NCBI GenBank assembly: GCA_964187785.1
Contig: OZ076409.1
Span: 68,140,001-68,204,000 of the forward strand
From: Amphiscolops sp. MND2022
Taxonomy: Eukaryota
Direction of reading: 5' to 3'
DNA: 64,000 nt
Program-made: the position numbers and the translations under genes
In this document: one piece after another, positions 49,130 to 63,560 of the stretch
Layout: every line of letters starts with the position of its first letter
How positions within the stretch are numbered: position 1 is the first letter of the stretch
The notes under the pieces: model-generated
Seen by the model: only the letters and a program-made list of their open reading frames with translations
Told to the model about the DNA's origin: nothing
The model's database searches: none

Positions 49130-52100
49130 AGCATTTTATTTCCTGAAAAAAAAACGCAAGTTGAAAGCTTCCTACATCGTATTTCAAATTGGCGTAATAA
49201 AAATACCATTTTTAAGTTAAATAATTACGCAGAGATGAAAAAATTGTGGATCGCCCGGTCGGATCTATAGCGCACGTAAGCACACGAGTGAGCACCATAG
49301 TTCCAAAAATGATTTTTATTATCGTTACAATCGGGGATGGAAAAGTATATATTTTTTAAATTTTAAAATCGCCCTTCAAACACTTTTGGTTGTGCCCGTG
49401 CTTATTGCCAAATTTTCTTATTATTAGTGATAACTACACACCAACAAATAATCTTTATGTACACGAATCTTATAATAATGACATTTAGTCTATCATAAAG
49501 GTGATACCTAGTGAGATAAATATATGAACTTCGAGGGATTTTTTCATGAAAATTATTTTTAAGATTTAAAATGAATGTTCATTTTTTTGCGAGAGGTATG
49601 TTAAAATGTAATTTTTTAACACCATTGAAATTCGTAGCTGAGAAAAAGTTGCCGTTAAATCAATGTAACTCACTTCGTACCTATTCGGAAAATAAATGCA
49701 ACAACAATAATGCAAGTGATGATGGCATACGAAGACGTTGGCTACAGAATGTCTGGTCGGCATAGTTAATCAATTTCTTAATGGTTCCACAGCGGATTGT
49801 TGACGAAACTAAGAAGCGAAAACGGATTTGTTTGCTGACTAAAGTGTGGTCATCTAGTATTTGCTTTTTGTTTTGTGAATTCCGTCCTACTTTCAAACCA
49901 AAATTTTCATATTACCATCTACACTTGAACATCCGGTCAAAAGTACAATGTGTGTAGCTTTCTTTATAACTCAACTAGTTCTTTTTTCCTGAAGCTATTG
50001 ATATTTTGGATCTTTAAAATTCCTCCTCCCCCGCCACGCGTAAAATTCTGAAAAATTGACTCAAATTAGTAGCTGATTGCATAAATTTGTGACGTCAACA
50101 AAATGGTGTGGTTGAGTTCTTTAAAGAAATTCGCGAAAAGATTTTTAGCATAATTTTATTAAAGTTTTGTTTTTATGGCGAGTGGGTGAAAAACGAAAAA
50201 GCCAATATTTTTGTGAATTTCCAAAAAAAAACGAAATTGCTACCAACCGAGGAATTGTAAAACTTTTATTGGAGTCCGCATGCATGTTAATTCTCGTCTC
50301 AAATAAAATTATTTTCGAGAATTCGAATGATAATTAGTAACTTTTGTTGTACTAATTTTAGTATTGCTTCAAAATGGAGCTAACAGATTCTTGTGTGCAA
50401 TTCAATTTTTTTCAAGTACCACTTTGCTACTGAAAAGTTTTCATTCAATCAAGAAAACTTTAGTGATGAAAGAAATGGGTTGTTTCCTGTCGGAATGGCA
50501 AAAAGTGTGAATTAATTTGGTTAGTTTCCCAAATTAGAAGGAAGTTTGTGCTTTTTAATCTCAGTAATGTGGCTGCCGACTTTTAATTTCCTGCTGACAT
50601 GTCAGTTTATTTGCTTGGGACGGATCTCCCTTCTCGCAAAAATTTTCTATGCCAGTTTGGAAGCTTTTTTCTGCTGTCAGTGATTCACATGATTTGTAAT
50701 GAGACCTGACAGTTTTTCTTTCAATTTTTGTTTCTCGAGACGACCGGAAATGAGCGACCCACGTTATTTCCCTTGTCTAGTCTGAGTCCATTGAGGAATG
50801 TGAAATTCCAACTGTGGAAAAATTCGATGACTTAAAATGAAATACGATTTTTTGGAAAGCATGCTTTTAGCTTACGTAAGTTCTTGATGAACAGTTAGTA
50901 GTAAATAGTTGTCATTTTGCATCAATTTTTATATAAATATTAGTGTACTTTGTTTGAAATAGCTTTTTTTAAATTTTGGGAAACGAAGAATTTCATTGAC
51001 TTCGGTATCGTGGAAATGTGATTATTTTTCCGTTTCACTGTCGTTTGATCTTTCGCAGGGCGCAAATCGGTACTTACCAAAAGTTACATAGGTCTTCCTT
51101 TTAGAGATATACATCCATTCAAAATTGGTACTTGTTTCAGAAGTTAATTCTATTTTTGCGTGCTCAAATAATCTTAGTAGTTTTTTTACTATTTCGTAAA
51201 AAGACTTTAGGAACAGAAAAACCTTCGATAATGAACTTGTCAAAACAATCATTCTGATTTGGAAAAAAGTCGCCTGACTTTGTTGGAACAGAACCACATT
51301 TTGTTTCTCAGACGTTCTTCAAAACGTAAACTAAATTAGTAAGAACGTGATATCATTACTCACTTGATTCAGCTTTGGACGAAACAGCTTAAATCTTGAA
51401 TGACTTGGCTCGATAGTAAAGTCGAGCTTCTTAATGACTTTCTCACGATCAGCTGCTGTTGCGAGTCTTTTTGTGACGCAAGAAGCCTTTTTTGTTCAAT
51501 GGCAATTGTTTTGTACTATGCTGTTAATTATTAAAGCGTCTTGCGTATCTTAAAGACACTATCTTGAATATAGAGCGCGCTTTTTTCAATGAAGGATGCT
51601 CCTAATTTCAAGATGTGCTAAATGGTGTGGTGCTGAAAAATTGTACTTACCAATGCTGTAAGAGCTTGACGTGGCGATGAAAAATAAGGAGACACTGCCG
51701 CAATGTGACAGGTCGCTTATTTTAATGGGAGAAATTTGTTGGAAGGAATAGTTGAAAAGCAGCGGTGAAGCAAAAGTAGATTGGTTTTAAAATCAACCGA
51801 AGGAGATTTAAAATTGTGCGCTTTCTTTTTTTCGCAAAGCGTTTTGAATTGCATTTGGATAATAAATGCTAGGATAATCTAACTTTTCGTTTACTTGTTA
51901 GGTTCTAGGACTGGTCTGTTGTCCATCGCCGTGTTGGCGACGCGGCGCAGAATTGGTGAATTCGAGATATTTGTCGCGTGAATGGTCACTAACAACTGGG
52001 CGGCCGTTTTTCTCTAAATTGTTGCCTTGAGTGAACAATAGTTCGGCGGGTAGGGGGCGGCCGTATATCAATCGTCATCTATCTTGGCAATTGCGGCCAT

Positions 52101-55100
52101 TTTTCATGTCTTGCGCGGCAGGCTCAAAATTGCTAACTACTAACTAGTTGTAGTATTTGTATTAGTAATTCTTGTTCTACTTGTGCGCAAAAGAGCTGCT
52201 GAAATTTTTTTACTAGTGAGCTATTACTATGTCGGGGTATATCCATCCATCCACTAGGAAAGGAGACTATCCACTAAAACAAGCAAGTGCAAGCAGCAGC
52301 TCTCACTGTAAATCTATCCACCCGACTCTATTTCTCAGTGCAGGCAAATCAGGAGCTGGTTGCAAGATGGCCTGGTTTGTTGGAGCATGTATAAGGATAG
52401 GCGAGGCGAGGCGGCTAAGCAGAAATGTATAGAGGATGAAAATACGAAAAATGCCATCTTTTGCAACCGACCCAGTCTCTACTGTTACTGTGTACCTGGT
52501 CTGTGTAAGGCGTAGAGCTGTTTTCTACAGCCATTTATTTGTGCGTCCACAGACCAAGAAGGAAAAGTAGAGAAATAAGGAAATGCTGCGTTGAAGAGGC
52601 AGGCTAAACGGGAAAAGAAAGGCCACCGGTGGCGGCGCAAAGGAATTATTGAATTTAGAAACAACTAGTGCTGATTTGTCAAAGATGATAACTCGCGTTA
52701 GTTGATTCGAATCACCCAAATTGTGCAATAGTGTATGTACCGCTGTTAATGTATTATTGTTGAAAGGGTCGGCCGTTCTGTCCGTCTTCTATTTTCTCAT
52801 TGTCATCTTTTTATCCACTCTGATCCTCAAATGTTACCATCTCATTCAATTGATTGTGCATTCCATTAAAGGCCATTGAAGCAACGAACACCGCGCAAAA
52901 TTAATCAACTTTGCCTCTTTTCCCTATCAACCCCTGTAGAAACGGGCCCGTGTGAATGTAAATTAAATTACTTTTTTAAAATGAAATTGGACAAACTCTT
53001 TTTTATTTTGATTAATTTATATAATTTTCGAATGCGGAAAAACCACAAAAGGCGCTTGACCTCAAAGGGTGTTCGTTTTTTTAAAAAGAAATCATGCGAT
53101 CGATCTTTTTGGCATTTCGCGGGTGGCCATTGTATGAAAACCGCCGCCGGGTTTTTGTTGTATAAAAAGTTCACCTTTTTTTACCACGCCGCTTGGTGAA
53201 TTTTGACGAGTTGTTTTCAAATTCTATCGTACTTACCATCGAGCCAAAGAACCTTTGTGCGACATGTGAAATGCTAATATTCTGCATAGTTTTTGAATAA
53301 CTACTGCATTGCTTTTTTGGGAAGTATTCAATTACTGCAAAGACTAACCTCAGAATGCAGTATATTGGCATCATGTGAACAAGTCTCTCCCTTTGTCCGC
53401 TTTTATAAGTCGATGAAGGCTCTTTTGTGTCAACTAAGTCGTTCTTTCAACTCGGATCTTTCTTTTCCTGAACACAGTCTTTTAAACCAATCTTTTCTAA
53501 TTGCAGTCGAGCTCCTCTGCCCAAGCTTTTTTATTCTATGTACTTTATAACTATTCCAAGCTATACGTTATGTTGACTTTCATGGATAACGAGGTACTCG
53601 ATGGTATAATGAATTGAGGAAAAATTCCACTTGAAATTGAAGTTTTTCGAGTTTCACGGTGTTAAAACTGCAGTTGATTGGATTTTGAAGAGTCGCCTTT
53701 TTTGCATGTCACTCATACATTGAGTTGGAATCAAGTTTTGCAAGGTGTTTTATCTTGAAGAATAAAAGACGTTTGGCACTGTACAAGTGAACAATAGTTT
53801 TCAACTCGTCTTGTTTTCGTTTTTGTTGTAGGCTGCAGCTGCGTAATATTTTTGACTATTGACAAAATGACAAACACCGTATTCAGTGTATCATAAAAAT
53901 TATACAGCGAATTACATCGCAGCCAATGCCAATTTTGCAGCTTTTGCGATCAAAATCATAAATTTTTGTAGTTGTTGTTTTTGTGTGTGTTTCGTTCCCT
54001 GTAGAAGATATATAGAATCGTAGCGTGATATGGAACTCGCTGCTAGTAGTGTTGAAAAGAAAATTGCTTGTAAATGTGTAGATAGAGCATGAAAAATTGG
54101 CGCGGCAATAAACGTCCAAGGCAGATGTGCATATATGACGCTTTCTGCAGCTAGATAGTCCATTTGAATACAAGCTGACGTTATGTTTAATTCTTTAAAA
54201 ATTTATGGCCTTTAAAGCTTCACAACCAAGTCTCGCTACGTCGCCATTTTTTTCCGAAAAGCGGTTTGATACGCCAAAATGAAAATTTTTATTTGACCCC
54301 TTTTTCTTCAGAATTCCCTTTTGTGTATGACCCGGAATTTTAAGACGCTCTTTTGCCATCATAATGGCGCCAATTGTAATATTAAACAATGTTTTATGGA
54401 CTTCGCAAGAATAAAATTATTTAGTCATAGTTTTACTTTTCGCCTCGTTTCCATTGAAGCAATTTCAGTGTTACACCACCTGGTCTTTGAATTTCGTCTG
54501 CGATGATAAAATGGCGATTAGATTTATTCCAGCTGAAACGAGCAAGATCAATTTTGTAGCTTTTATTGCTAATTCAACAAAAACAAGCGGAAACATAATC
54601 CAAGTGGTCTCTCGAAATGGTTGCATGTCACAACCTCCCGGTAAAGTAAAAACCTCCCGGTAAAAAATCTAAGTTAATTTCGAAGTTTGACTTTTTTAGA
54701 CGAAAATCTAGTTTAAAAACTAAATAAAACGTCAAAACATTGGTTGTATGACTGGGCCTTCCTCCTTACGAGGCGCTTCGCTTCCTCCAGGCCGGCTTCG
54801 TTAAAACCAGCTGCTGGACCAATACTTGCACGTCGTTTTGCTGTTGCATTCAGAGCACTATCGGTATGCGATTGTACCTGTTCACGATTCTGAGGAGAAA
54901 TTGCCCTAGGTCAATTTCGTCTAGATTTCGACTTGGGAGAATTCAAGTTTTGACGCACCGATTATTTTTTTCTGAATGAATTTTAACTGAAGTTTTTGGA
55001 TTCGTTGGTTTAAAAATATACTAATGTTGATGCACTTCAACTGAAGCTCCTACATCTGATTTTTTTCTATTATTTGTAAAATGAAATAAGGACCGCGCGT

Positions 55101-55696
55101 AATGAAACCACGAATGAGTTTTTTTAGCTTGTTTGGGCGTAATCTGATAAATTGGAATTTCTTGTAGAGGAAACTATCAATTCATTCATTAGGTCATTCA
55201 ATGTAGTTGTACAGTTGTAGTTTCATTTTGAATTTATTGTTGGAAATTGATTTTAAATATTTGTCTACAGTGGTGTGAAGAAAGAATGCGACTTAGCTGC
55301 TCAAAAAGGCTAATTTTGCAGTCTCATATCTCCAAAACTATTCGAAGTGGTTCAATTTTGCAAAAACAAAAGTTTCTTGAATTTTTGCTATGAATACAAC
55401 GGTTTTTGTTCGAAATTTCAACCATCATTGTTTTCGAAGTTAGAAACATGTGATTTTAGGAGGAAAATAATTAAAATTGCTAATTTTTGAGAAAATATCA
55501 GTGATCCAATGAATATTTTTTGATAAATTTTGCCTTGCAGATACACTCGAATCTCTCGAAAACGAAGATGAAATTTGATTTTGGATATATTTGGAAAATG
55601 TATATTGGTGGGAGTTTTACCAAGTCTAAGTCTCTATTTCCTATCTTAATACATGTATTTCCAGTTTTACTGAACGAAAAAGTGCTCCCATTTTCG

Positions 55697-56594
55697 TTTT
55701 TAGTCGGCGCATTTTAGAAGAAAATGAGCCCGACTATTACAGTGGCTAGTTTTTTTTCTTTTTCGTCAGATAACAGAATGTATGCGTAGTGGACACTTTT
55801 TACAGAACAGAACTACTAAACTAAAGTACTGGATCGGCAAACGGGGAGCGTATTTAAGATAGTGCAAAGGGTCCCCCCTTTCAGTTACTCCATTTTTATC
55901 GTAAGATACAAAACCTGACGAGACAATAGGGTCCCCCCTTTGAGTTTTTTTCGGCACTGTGCGACTTTTTTTTCGAATTTTTTTTGTCTCCAAAGGGTCC
56001 CCCTTCAATTTTCTGCTGTTTTGCGACAAAATGGATGTTGGAAAATTCCAAAGGGTCCCCCCTTTCAGTTTCTTTCGGCACTGTGAGATTTTTTTTCGAA
56101 AATAAAAAATTTTCATCCCTTCAATTTTTTGATGTTTTGCGACAATGGATGGTGAAAAACCCCAAAAGGTCCCTCCTTTCAGTTTTTTTTCGGCACTGTG
56201 AGATTTTTTCCGAAAATTATTTTCTCTCCAAAGGGTCCCCCTTCAATTTCTTTGATATTTTACAACACATTGGGTGTTTAAAAATCCCAAAGGGTCCCCC
56301 CTTTCAGTTTTTCGGCATTGTGAGACTTTTTTTCGAAAATTTGTTTTTTCTCCAAAGGGTTCCTCCTTCAACTGCAACAAAAATGTTGACAATTTCGGAA
56401 GTGTCCCTCTTTTAGCGCGCCAGGGGCTCGCGCTAGCGGGCCCCGGCGCGCCACTCAGTCCATTTTTTGGTTTTTCGAAAAAAAAATTCGATAAAATTTC
56501 GAAAAAAAATTTTAAGTTTTTTTTTCAAAAAAAAAGTCTTTTGCGCTTTTTGAGCCTTAGATATGGCGCCGACTTTAGACGTTCTCGTCTTGTT
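55697..56594 (+). mobile_element. Helentron/DINE-like element with AAAGGGTCCCC minisatellite
   Basis: 5' TTTTAGTCGGCGC plus partial IR GCCCGACT; 3' GGCGCCGACT plus hairpin AGACG-TTCT-CGTCT, then a T-run. Confidence 0.75.
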
Positions 56595-57436
56595 TTTTTT
56601 GGTGTGTATATATAGTGTTAAGGTGTTCAATTTTTTCACTGAAGGGATACATACCGTTTGTGTCCACAAAATCAGGATCTCTTCAAAATGGGACTTATTG
56701 TGAAGAATTCTATTTTGAATTACTAGAACCGAATAGGAAAGTGATGACCAATATAATTGAATCAATTATACCCATTTAATGAATCCGTTAAATTTTCCGT
56801 GATTAAATTGAAACTGGGGTTCTGTCATCGCTAATTTGAACCGCTAATCGCTAATTTTGCAATCGCTAATTTTTTGCTGGTTTACAACTACAGAATAGAA
56901 ACACTTTTTCGAAGTGCAGGGATAAGACTGACTGCCAAAGAGCGTCATGTTTATGGATAGCGCCAAAAAACTTCGTACACCGATTTCTCGGAGAACTCGC
57001 GCAAAAATCAAATGGTTTCTACATTTTACGCAATCTCTTTGTGCATGCCACAGTTTTCTCGAAACAATGTTTTGGGGCAATTGTTCCGCGCTCTCTTGAA
57101 ATGTCAAAATTAAAATGGTTACCGCTAAATCAATTCGCTAATCAATACTCCCCACTTTACTAAACCGCTATTTGTGGTTTCATAGCACTGATTGAAATCC
57201 ATCAAAGCAATCCTTGACTTAATATTGTGCTTTATATAGTTTCAACAACAATTCTATCGCCAATTTCAACTACTTTTAGTAATTTTCCAAACAGCAACCC
57301 TCTTATAACTTGGCGCGTACAGAAAGTATCTAAAATGAAATGAGCAAGGCCAATCAATGATTAATTGCTTTTGTGATGGAGATGGATCTGAATCGATTCT
57401 AAAAGTATTCGGCGAGTTGTTTTGGGCGAGTTTTCC

Positions 57437-57905
57437 GGATGCGGGACAAAACAGCCGTTTTTAAAACGAGACAAAACAGCCGATTCTCAAAACGGGACAA
57501 AACAGCCGATTTTCAAAACGGGACAAAACAGCCGATTTTTGAAACGGGACAAAACAGCCGATTTTCAAAAATACTTGGCATATTTGTTGTATGGCTCGGT
57601 CGCTTCGCTCCCTTCGCCAAGTAGCAACATTGAGGCATGGCCATATGGCACGTCGCTTCGCTCCTGCATTTAGGGCACTAGGAGTATGTGAACATAGCTG
57701 ACTAGGGGAAATTGAAAAATTTATTTTATTCTTTCGGACTTTGTACTGTTTTAAAATCAACTGTTTTGTCCTATTTTGAAAATCGGCTGTTTTGTCCTAT
57801 TTTGAAAATCGGCTGTTTTGCCCTATTTTGAAAATCGGCTGTTTTGTCCTGTTTTGAAAATCGGCTGTTTTGTCCCGTTTAAAATCGGCTGTTTTGTCCC
57901 GCTCC
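57437..57905. mobile_element. Mutator-like MITE (GGGACAAAACAGCCG arms, core A)
   Basis: Multi-copy inverted arms; 10-bp TSD CGAGTTTTCC (57427-57436 / 57906-57915). Confidence 0.9.
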
Positions 57906-58972
57906 CGAGTTTTCCGCATAGCGATTCTGAAAATGGGTATCTTTTTTTTGAAAATCATTTGTGCAATTAACCCCATTGAATGGAACCATTGAATTCATAA
58001 GTCACCCATTGAATTTTAAAAGATCCCTTTAAAAATTAATTGGTCATCACTTATAAGAAATACGAGATAGTGCTTGCAATTCAACAATTAAGCTCGAATT
58101 CATTTGATATAGTTACGATGAGATTATGTTACGATAAATTGGACTTTCTGATATTACGTACCATTTACTCCAGAATCTAGATGTATTCGGCGCTTTACTT
58201 CTAATGTGAATGAATAAACGTATCCAAGTATTCATATACTGTATAAACTGCGCAAATACTATGTAATTGAACTATACTAACTTTATTACTCTCAGATGCT
58301 CTCCGATAGCTTTCACTTGTATGTTTGCTTCCAAATACGTTTCACAAAAAGACGTATTTATTTATAAATTTATAAACTGTGGAGCCATCAACGCTAATTC
58401 ATTCAACCGTTGTTGAGTCAAACGCTAATACTGCAAGCTGTGTAGGCGGAATGTACGTGATGGTAGTTTTTTCGTCTCTTGAAAATTGAAGCGTTTTGAG
58501 GTGTATACCGTAAATGGTAAATCGAGATGGTGGAAATTTTGTAGTTCCCCATGTAATTGACTCAATGAATACAATGTTATCTTTGATATTACTGCTAGTT
58601 AAACCTTGATAAACCTAGCTAGTCATTTCGTCTTCCAATATTGCCAAGTGTAAGTGATATTGAATTCTTGGAAATATTGACGTGTCTTGGTTTAATTTAA
58701 AGAAAAATCTTCTGATGTTGATTTGCGTTCTCTATACAGATATGGCGGTGATGACTGATATTTTTTCTCTATATTAAATCGTAGAGCGACGATATTGGAA
58801 TGAAGAATTCAGTTTTGAGCACTTAATATTTCGATGAGCTTTTGAACTCGAAGATGAGCTTTTGGAACGTATCGTTGAACCTATCAAAAAGGCTCGCTTT
58901 AGTTTCGTGGTGAAATTTTTACGACAAATGTTTCCTGTTGGAGCATTAGATATACGTATTATGATTTTCGGT

Positions 58973-59630
58973 TTTTAGTCGGCGCTTCATGAAGTGAAAC
59001 GCGACTATTATAGTGACTCTTTTTTTTCTATCCACACGAACTGACCAAAATAGTTCTTAAAAGTTCTACAAAATATTATGGTGTCAAATTGCACCATTTG
59101 GCCTAGCGAAGTGGACCAAAATGGTTTTACCTGTTTTTCCGCGTAACATACCATACCGGGCGAGACCAAAGAGTCCCCCCTTTCAATTTTTTGGATTTTT
59201 TTTCGGATTTTTTTTCGAATTTTTTTTTCCTCAAAGGGTCCCCCTGCTTTTTTGATGTTTTGCGACAGAATGGATGTTGGAAAATCCCAAAGGGTTCCTC
59301 CTTTCAGTTTTTTTGGCATTCTGAAATTTTTTTCCGAAAAAAAAATTTTCTTCAATTTTTTCATGTTTTTCGACAGAATGGATGTTGAAAAACCTCAAAG
59401 GGTCCCCCCTTTCAGTTTTTCGGCATTGTGAGACGTTAGCGCGCCAGGGGCTCGCGCTAGCGAGCCCCGGCGGGCCACTAGGTCCATTTTTTTAGTATGT
59501 AATTTTTTCAAAAAAAATTCCGGAAAATTTTCGATTTTCGACTACTGTAAAAGAATACTTGACACTTGGAAGTCTTTTTGCTATTTTGAGCCTTGGATAT
59601 GGCGCCGACTTGGGCCGGTCCCGGCTTGTT
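58973..59630 (+). mobile_element. Helentron/DINE-like element
   Basis: Same sub-terminal IR, minisatellite and 3' hairpin (GCCGG-TC-CCGGC) as 55697-56594. Confidence 0.75.
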
Positions 59631-59730
59631 GTCTTTTCCTTTTGCTCGAAAATCGATTCGATTTTTAATTTTCGGATCTTTTCTGTTAGTCCCCCCAGTT
59701 AAGCGGTCAAATGGAAGTATTATTGAATTA

Positions 59731-60187
59731 GGCACCGCGACAATTCGTACAAACGACATTTCGTACAATAGCCAAAAACCCGACATTTCGTACACGGACA
59801 ATTGGTACAAAAATGAAACTGGACATTTCGTACAAAAGACATTTCGTACAAAATTAAATTGAACAGATTTGCAAAATAGTTCTCAAACAACAGAATTACT
59901 AGCTTTCAGTGCTGTTACAGCCAATATGTATGGAACTTGATTAAATTAAAGAGGTTAGCATACATGTTGTATGGCTCGGTCGCTTCACTCCCTTCGCCAA
60001 GCAGCAACATTGAGGCATGGCCAAATGGCACGTCGCTCCGCTTCGCTTCGCTCCTGCATTTAGGGCACTAGGGGTATGTGAACATAGCTGACTACGTTAT
60101 AATAATAAGTTGTATAATATAAATTGCACGAAATGTCTGGTTTTGGTTTTTGTACGAGATGTCGTGTGTACGAATTGTCGTGCCCCC
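59731..60187. mobile_element. Mutator-like MITE (ACATTTCGTAC arms, core A)
   Basis: 9-bp TSD ATTGAATTA (59722-59730 / 60188-60196). Confidence 0.9.
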
Positions 60188-60203
60188 ATTGAATTAATAG
60201 TAA

Positions 60204-60594
60204 GGTACCCCTGACTAAGTGTGGTCCCTAGCAAATTTAGAATAGCCAACGTAAAGCAAACATTACATGTAGTTCAAAACAGCAGAATTCAATTTAATAG
60301 CTTTTAGTGCTGTTACAGCCAATATGTATGGAACTTGATTTGAAGAGGTTAGCATATTTGTTGTATGGCTCGGTCGCTTCGCTCCCTTCGCCAAGTAGCA
60401 ATATTGAGGCATGGCCATATGGCACGTCGCTCCGCTTCGCTTCGCTCCTGCATTTAGGGCACTAGGGGTATGTGAACATAGCTGACTACCTCATAATAAG
60501 TATTCCGACAAAATATGCAGGGACCACACTTACATTATAGGGACCACACTTAGTAAGGAGAAATCGCTTGGGACCACACTTAGTCAGGAGTACC
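60204..60594. mobile_element. MITE (CTAAGTGTGGTCCC / GGGACCACACTTAG arms, core A)
   Basis: GGTAC...GTACC ends; 8-bp TSD AATAGTAA (60196-60203 / 60595-60602). Confidence 0.88.
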
Positions 60595-61288
60595 AATAGT
60601 AACAACCAATCAAATTGTTGTATTTATAACTAACTGCAACTCATCGCTAATACTGGAAAGGGGGGTGGGGTTGGGTTGGAATTAAAATTTTCGCGGTTAC
60701 TGTTTGTGGGGGGGGGGAGGTTTATTAACGAAAAATTTTCTTGCTTTCAACCAAAATTGTTTTGGAAAATGATTACGCTTAAGTTATTTGAGTGGAGCCA
60801 ATTGTCGCGCTTCGCTTTTATTGTCGAGAAATGATAATCCAAAACAGGCGATAAATGCCTGAGTGAATTTCGACAATTTTCGAAGGATTTTCCTCAATAT
60901 CCTCAATCTTTCCTTTCAATTCCTTACAATGTGCCTTAACTAAAAACTCTATATAGAATAAATTAAGTGGCCATTTTTAGCTCATTTTTCCATTTTTGAG
61001 TTATCTTCACTGGAAACTGCAAAATCTCTAGTTCTTCGTACTAAATCGTTCATCTGTTTCCCCCTGATTTCTTGGATGTTCGTCTCTTTTGATAACCACT
61101 GTCATTGATTTAAGTGGAGCCGATGCTCAAGATGAACGGTTTTGGTTTTTGTATAAATTTTAGTACCCGAGAAACTGATGACTAGTTAATTATTTGTTTA
61201 AAATATTGGAGGGATTACCAATTTATATGATTCATCTTTGAAGCAAATATTTCCTTAAAGAAAAAAGCCCGGCTATTGCAGTGACTGT

Positions 61289-62367
61289 TTTTAGTCGGCG
61301 CTTTTCTAGAGAAAAGTGCCCGACTCTTACAGTGAGTAGTTTTTTTTTTTTTTTGTTTTTTTCAGTTGACAATCTCACTCTGAGTGGTCCACTTTTCTTA
61401 CAATTCTTACAATTTTCAAAATCTTACAATTATTACTTAGCAAAATTAAAATACTGGCGCAAAAGTAGTTTTTATATCATCTAAGGGTCCCCAAAGGGTA
61501 TTTTCGGCACTGTGCGACTTTTTTTCGAAAAAATTTTTATTGTTCCAAAAGGGTCCCCCCTTCGAGTTTTTTCATATTTTGCAACTGAATGTATGTTAAT
61601 ACATCACAAAGGGTCCCCCTTTTACATTTTTCGGCACTATGCGACTTTTTTTGAAAGAAATTTTTTTTCAAAAATTCATGTTTTTTTCCAAAAAAAATTT
61701 TTTTGCGCTTTTTGAGCCTTAGATATGGCGCCGACTTTGGACGTTCTCGTCTTGTTTGTTAGTCTCACTCTGGATGGTCCACTTTTTGTGCACACTGCAC
61801 TTTTACCACACTTGATTTTGAACGCATCCATTCCCAACATGAAATACAAAACCATTCCACAGCAGAAGGGTCCTCCCTTTCGATTTTTTCGGCACTCATA
61901 GACTTCCCCTTTTTCCGGCTCTGAGTTTTTTTTGATATTTTGCAACAGAATGGATGTTTAAAAATCCCAAAGGATCCGCCCTTTCATTATTCGGCAGTGA
62001 CACTGTTCAGCGTTCTCATTTTTCGTCTGATATTGGGTTTTCTCAATAGATATCCACCAATAATTTTTTCAATACTATTTTTGGAGGTGGAGATTCGAAA
62101 ATATTGCACTATATCCGAATTTTTGACGTTATATCCGAACTATATTGCATTTTACTAAGGAGGAGCTGTAGGATCGAAAAAACACTCGCATTTGTCTCAG
62201 CATGCTATATCTAAATATCTGAAGTGTTTTCCGAGCATGAAAGGCACCCTTTGTGTGTTTCGAAACTGTTTTCTGTTTTTCATAAAAACGTCCTGGGCAT
62301 ATTTTAGAAACTTTGCGCTTTTTGAGCCTTAGGTATAGCGCCGACTTTAGACGTTCCCGTCTTGTTT
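61289..62367 (+). mobile_element. Helentron/DINE-like elements (two 3' ends, at ~61757 and ~62367)
   Basis: TTTTAGTCGGCGC start and repeated GCGCCGACTTT-GACG..CGTC-TTGTTT ends. Confidence 0.65.
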
Positions 62368-63507
62368 ACCTTTGTCGTTTAAAAAAATTTAGATTTGAGA
62401 ACATAGTAGCAGCGCAAAGTTTTCAGTCTCAGACACAATCTATATATATCGACTTCTACCAATTTGGCCCATTTTCTCGAGAGCATGAATATCTGAGACA
62501 CCACTTACTTTCTGGACTACCGGTATATTTTACATGTTTTGCCGTGAAAGCTTGGTTTTCTTTTTTAGGCATTGTGTTTATTTTGCATTAAAGGGTCGGT
62601 CCCTTTTGAGTGCTTTGATGTTTAATAACCATATGGAATATAGAATGAAAAATTATTCCATCTTCGAGTGATGTTGTCATATGTAATTTATATTTCAGGA
62701 TTATTTCAGTTAATTGTGTCAAAAGTCTGGAAAAGGTCAGCAAATTCAACAATTCTAAATATTAGTCTCTACTTAAATGGTACGTTTTAATCCTTTGTGA
62801 CATCAAGTTTTGATCGATTCGATTGTAATTACAGAACAAATTACATAACAATAAACTTGAATGTATGCATGGGGTTCAGGTGGCGTCCACCGTTTTTGGA
62901 GAAGCAATTTGTCAATCTGACGTCATCGGCTTCAATCCCTTTGGTGACTAAGCTTTCGGAAAATGTACCTTTCAATTGCAAACCTCAGCAATTTATCACT
63001 TCGAGACAGTGATTGATCTAGACATCAAGTTTTGTGTAATGTTTCCGAATGCAAGAAGACTGAAGATTAGATTGAAGCAAATTAGTTCCGCGGAAATTAG
63101 TGCCAGAAGTAAAACTTCGTTTTTAACCAAAAAATGAAAGTATCTCGCCCAAATATTTTTGTTGTACAATCGTGGGTTTTTGAAAGGTCGTCGTGAATTC
63201 TTTTGAATTTTTCACCAACGATTTCGTGCATCGTACGTGATTTCATTTCACCTTTTGTAGTTTTTGTCTTGACTGTGAAAATTGTTATTAGTCGGCGCGA
63301 CGTTGTTTCCAAGAGTGCCCGCCATTTCCAGTGGTAAAGATTTTTAGTCGATGCTTTTTGAAAAATGCAGGCTATTGTATTGACTAGTTTTTGGTCGGCG
63401 CTTATAGTTAAGACTAAAATACTCAAACTATTCCTGTCTCTTGTTTTTCTTACGAATGCGACAAAAACGGATAGGATGATCGACATGCGAAATGAGTTGT
63501 TGTTGTT

Positions 63508-63560
63508 GGCCTAGTGGTTGGCTTCCAAGTCAGCCTGACAGGGTTCGATTCCCACCACCA
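63508..63560 (+). repeat. tRNA-derived (SINE-like) head
   Basis: GGCCTAGTGG A-box and GGTTCGATTCC B-box, but no complete cloverleaf. Confidence 0.45.

Noticed and set aside
49566..55717. Short ORFs in the AT-rich unique region
   Set aside because: No recognisable domains or consistent exon chain. Probably intron or upstream sequence of the sulfotransferase gene.
55766..56765. K/F/G/P-rich ORFs (also at 35770-36568, 45023-45475, 59008-59862 and 61281-62591)
   Set aside because: Translations of the AAAGGGTCCCC minisatellite in non-autonomous elements.
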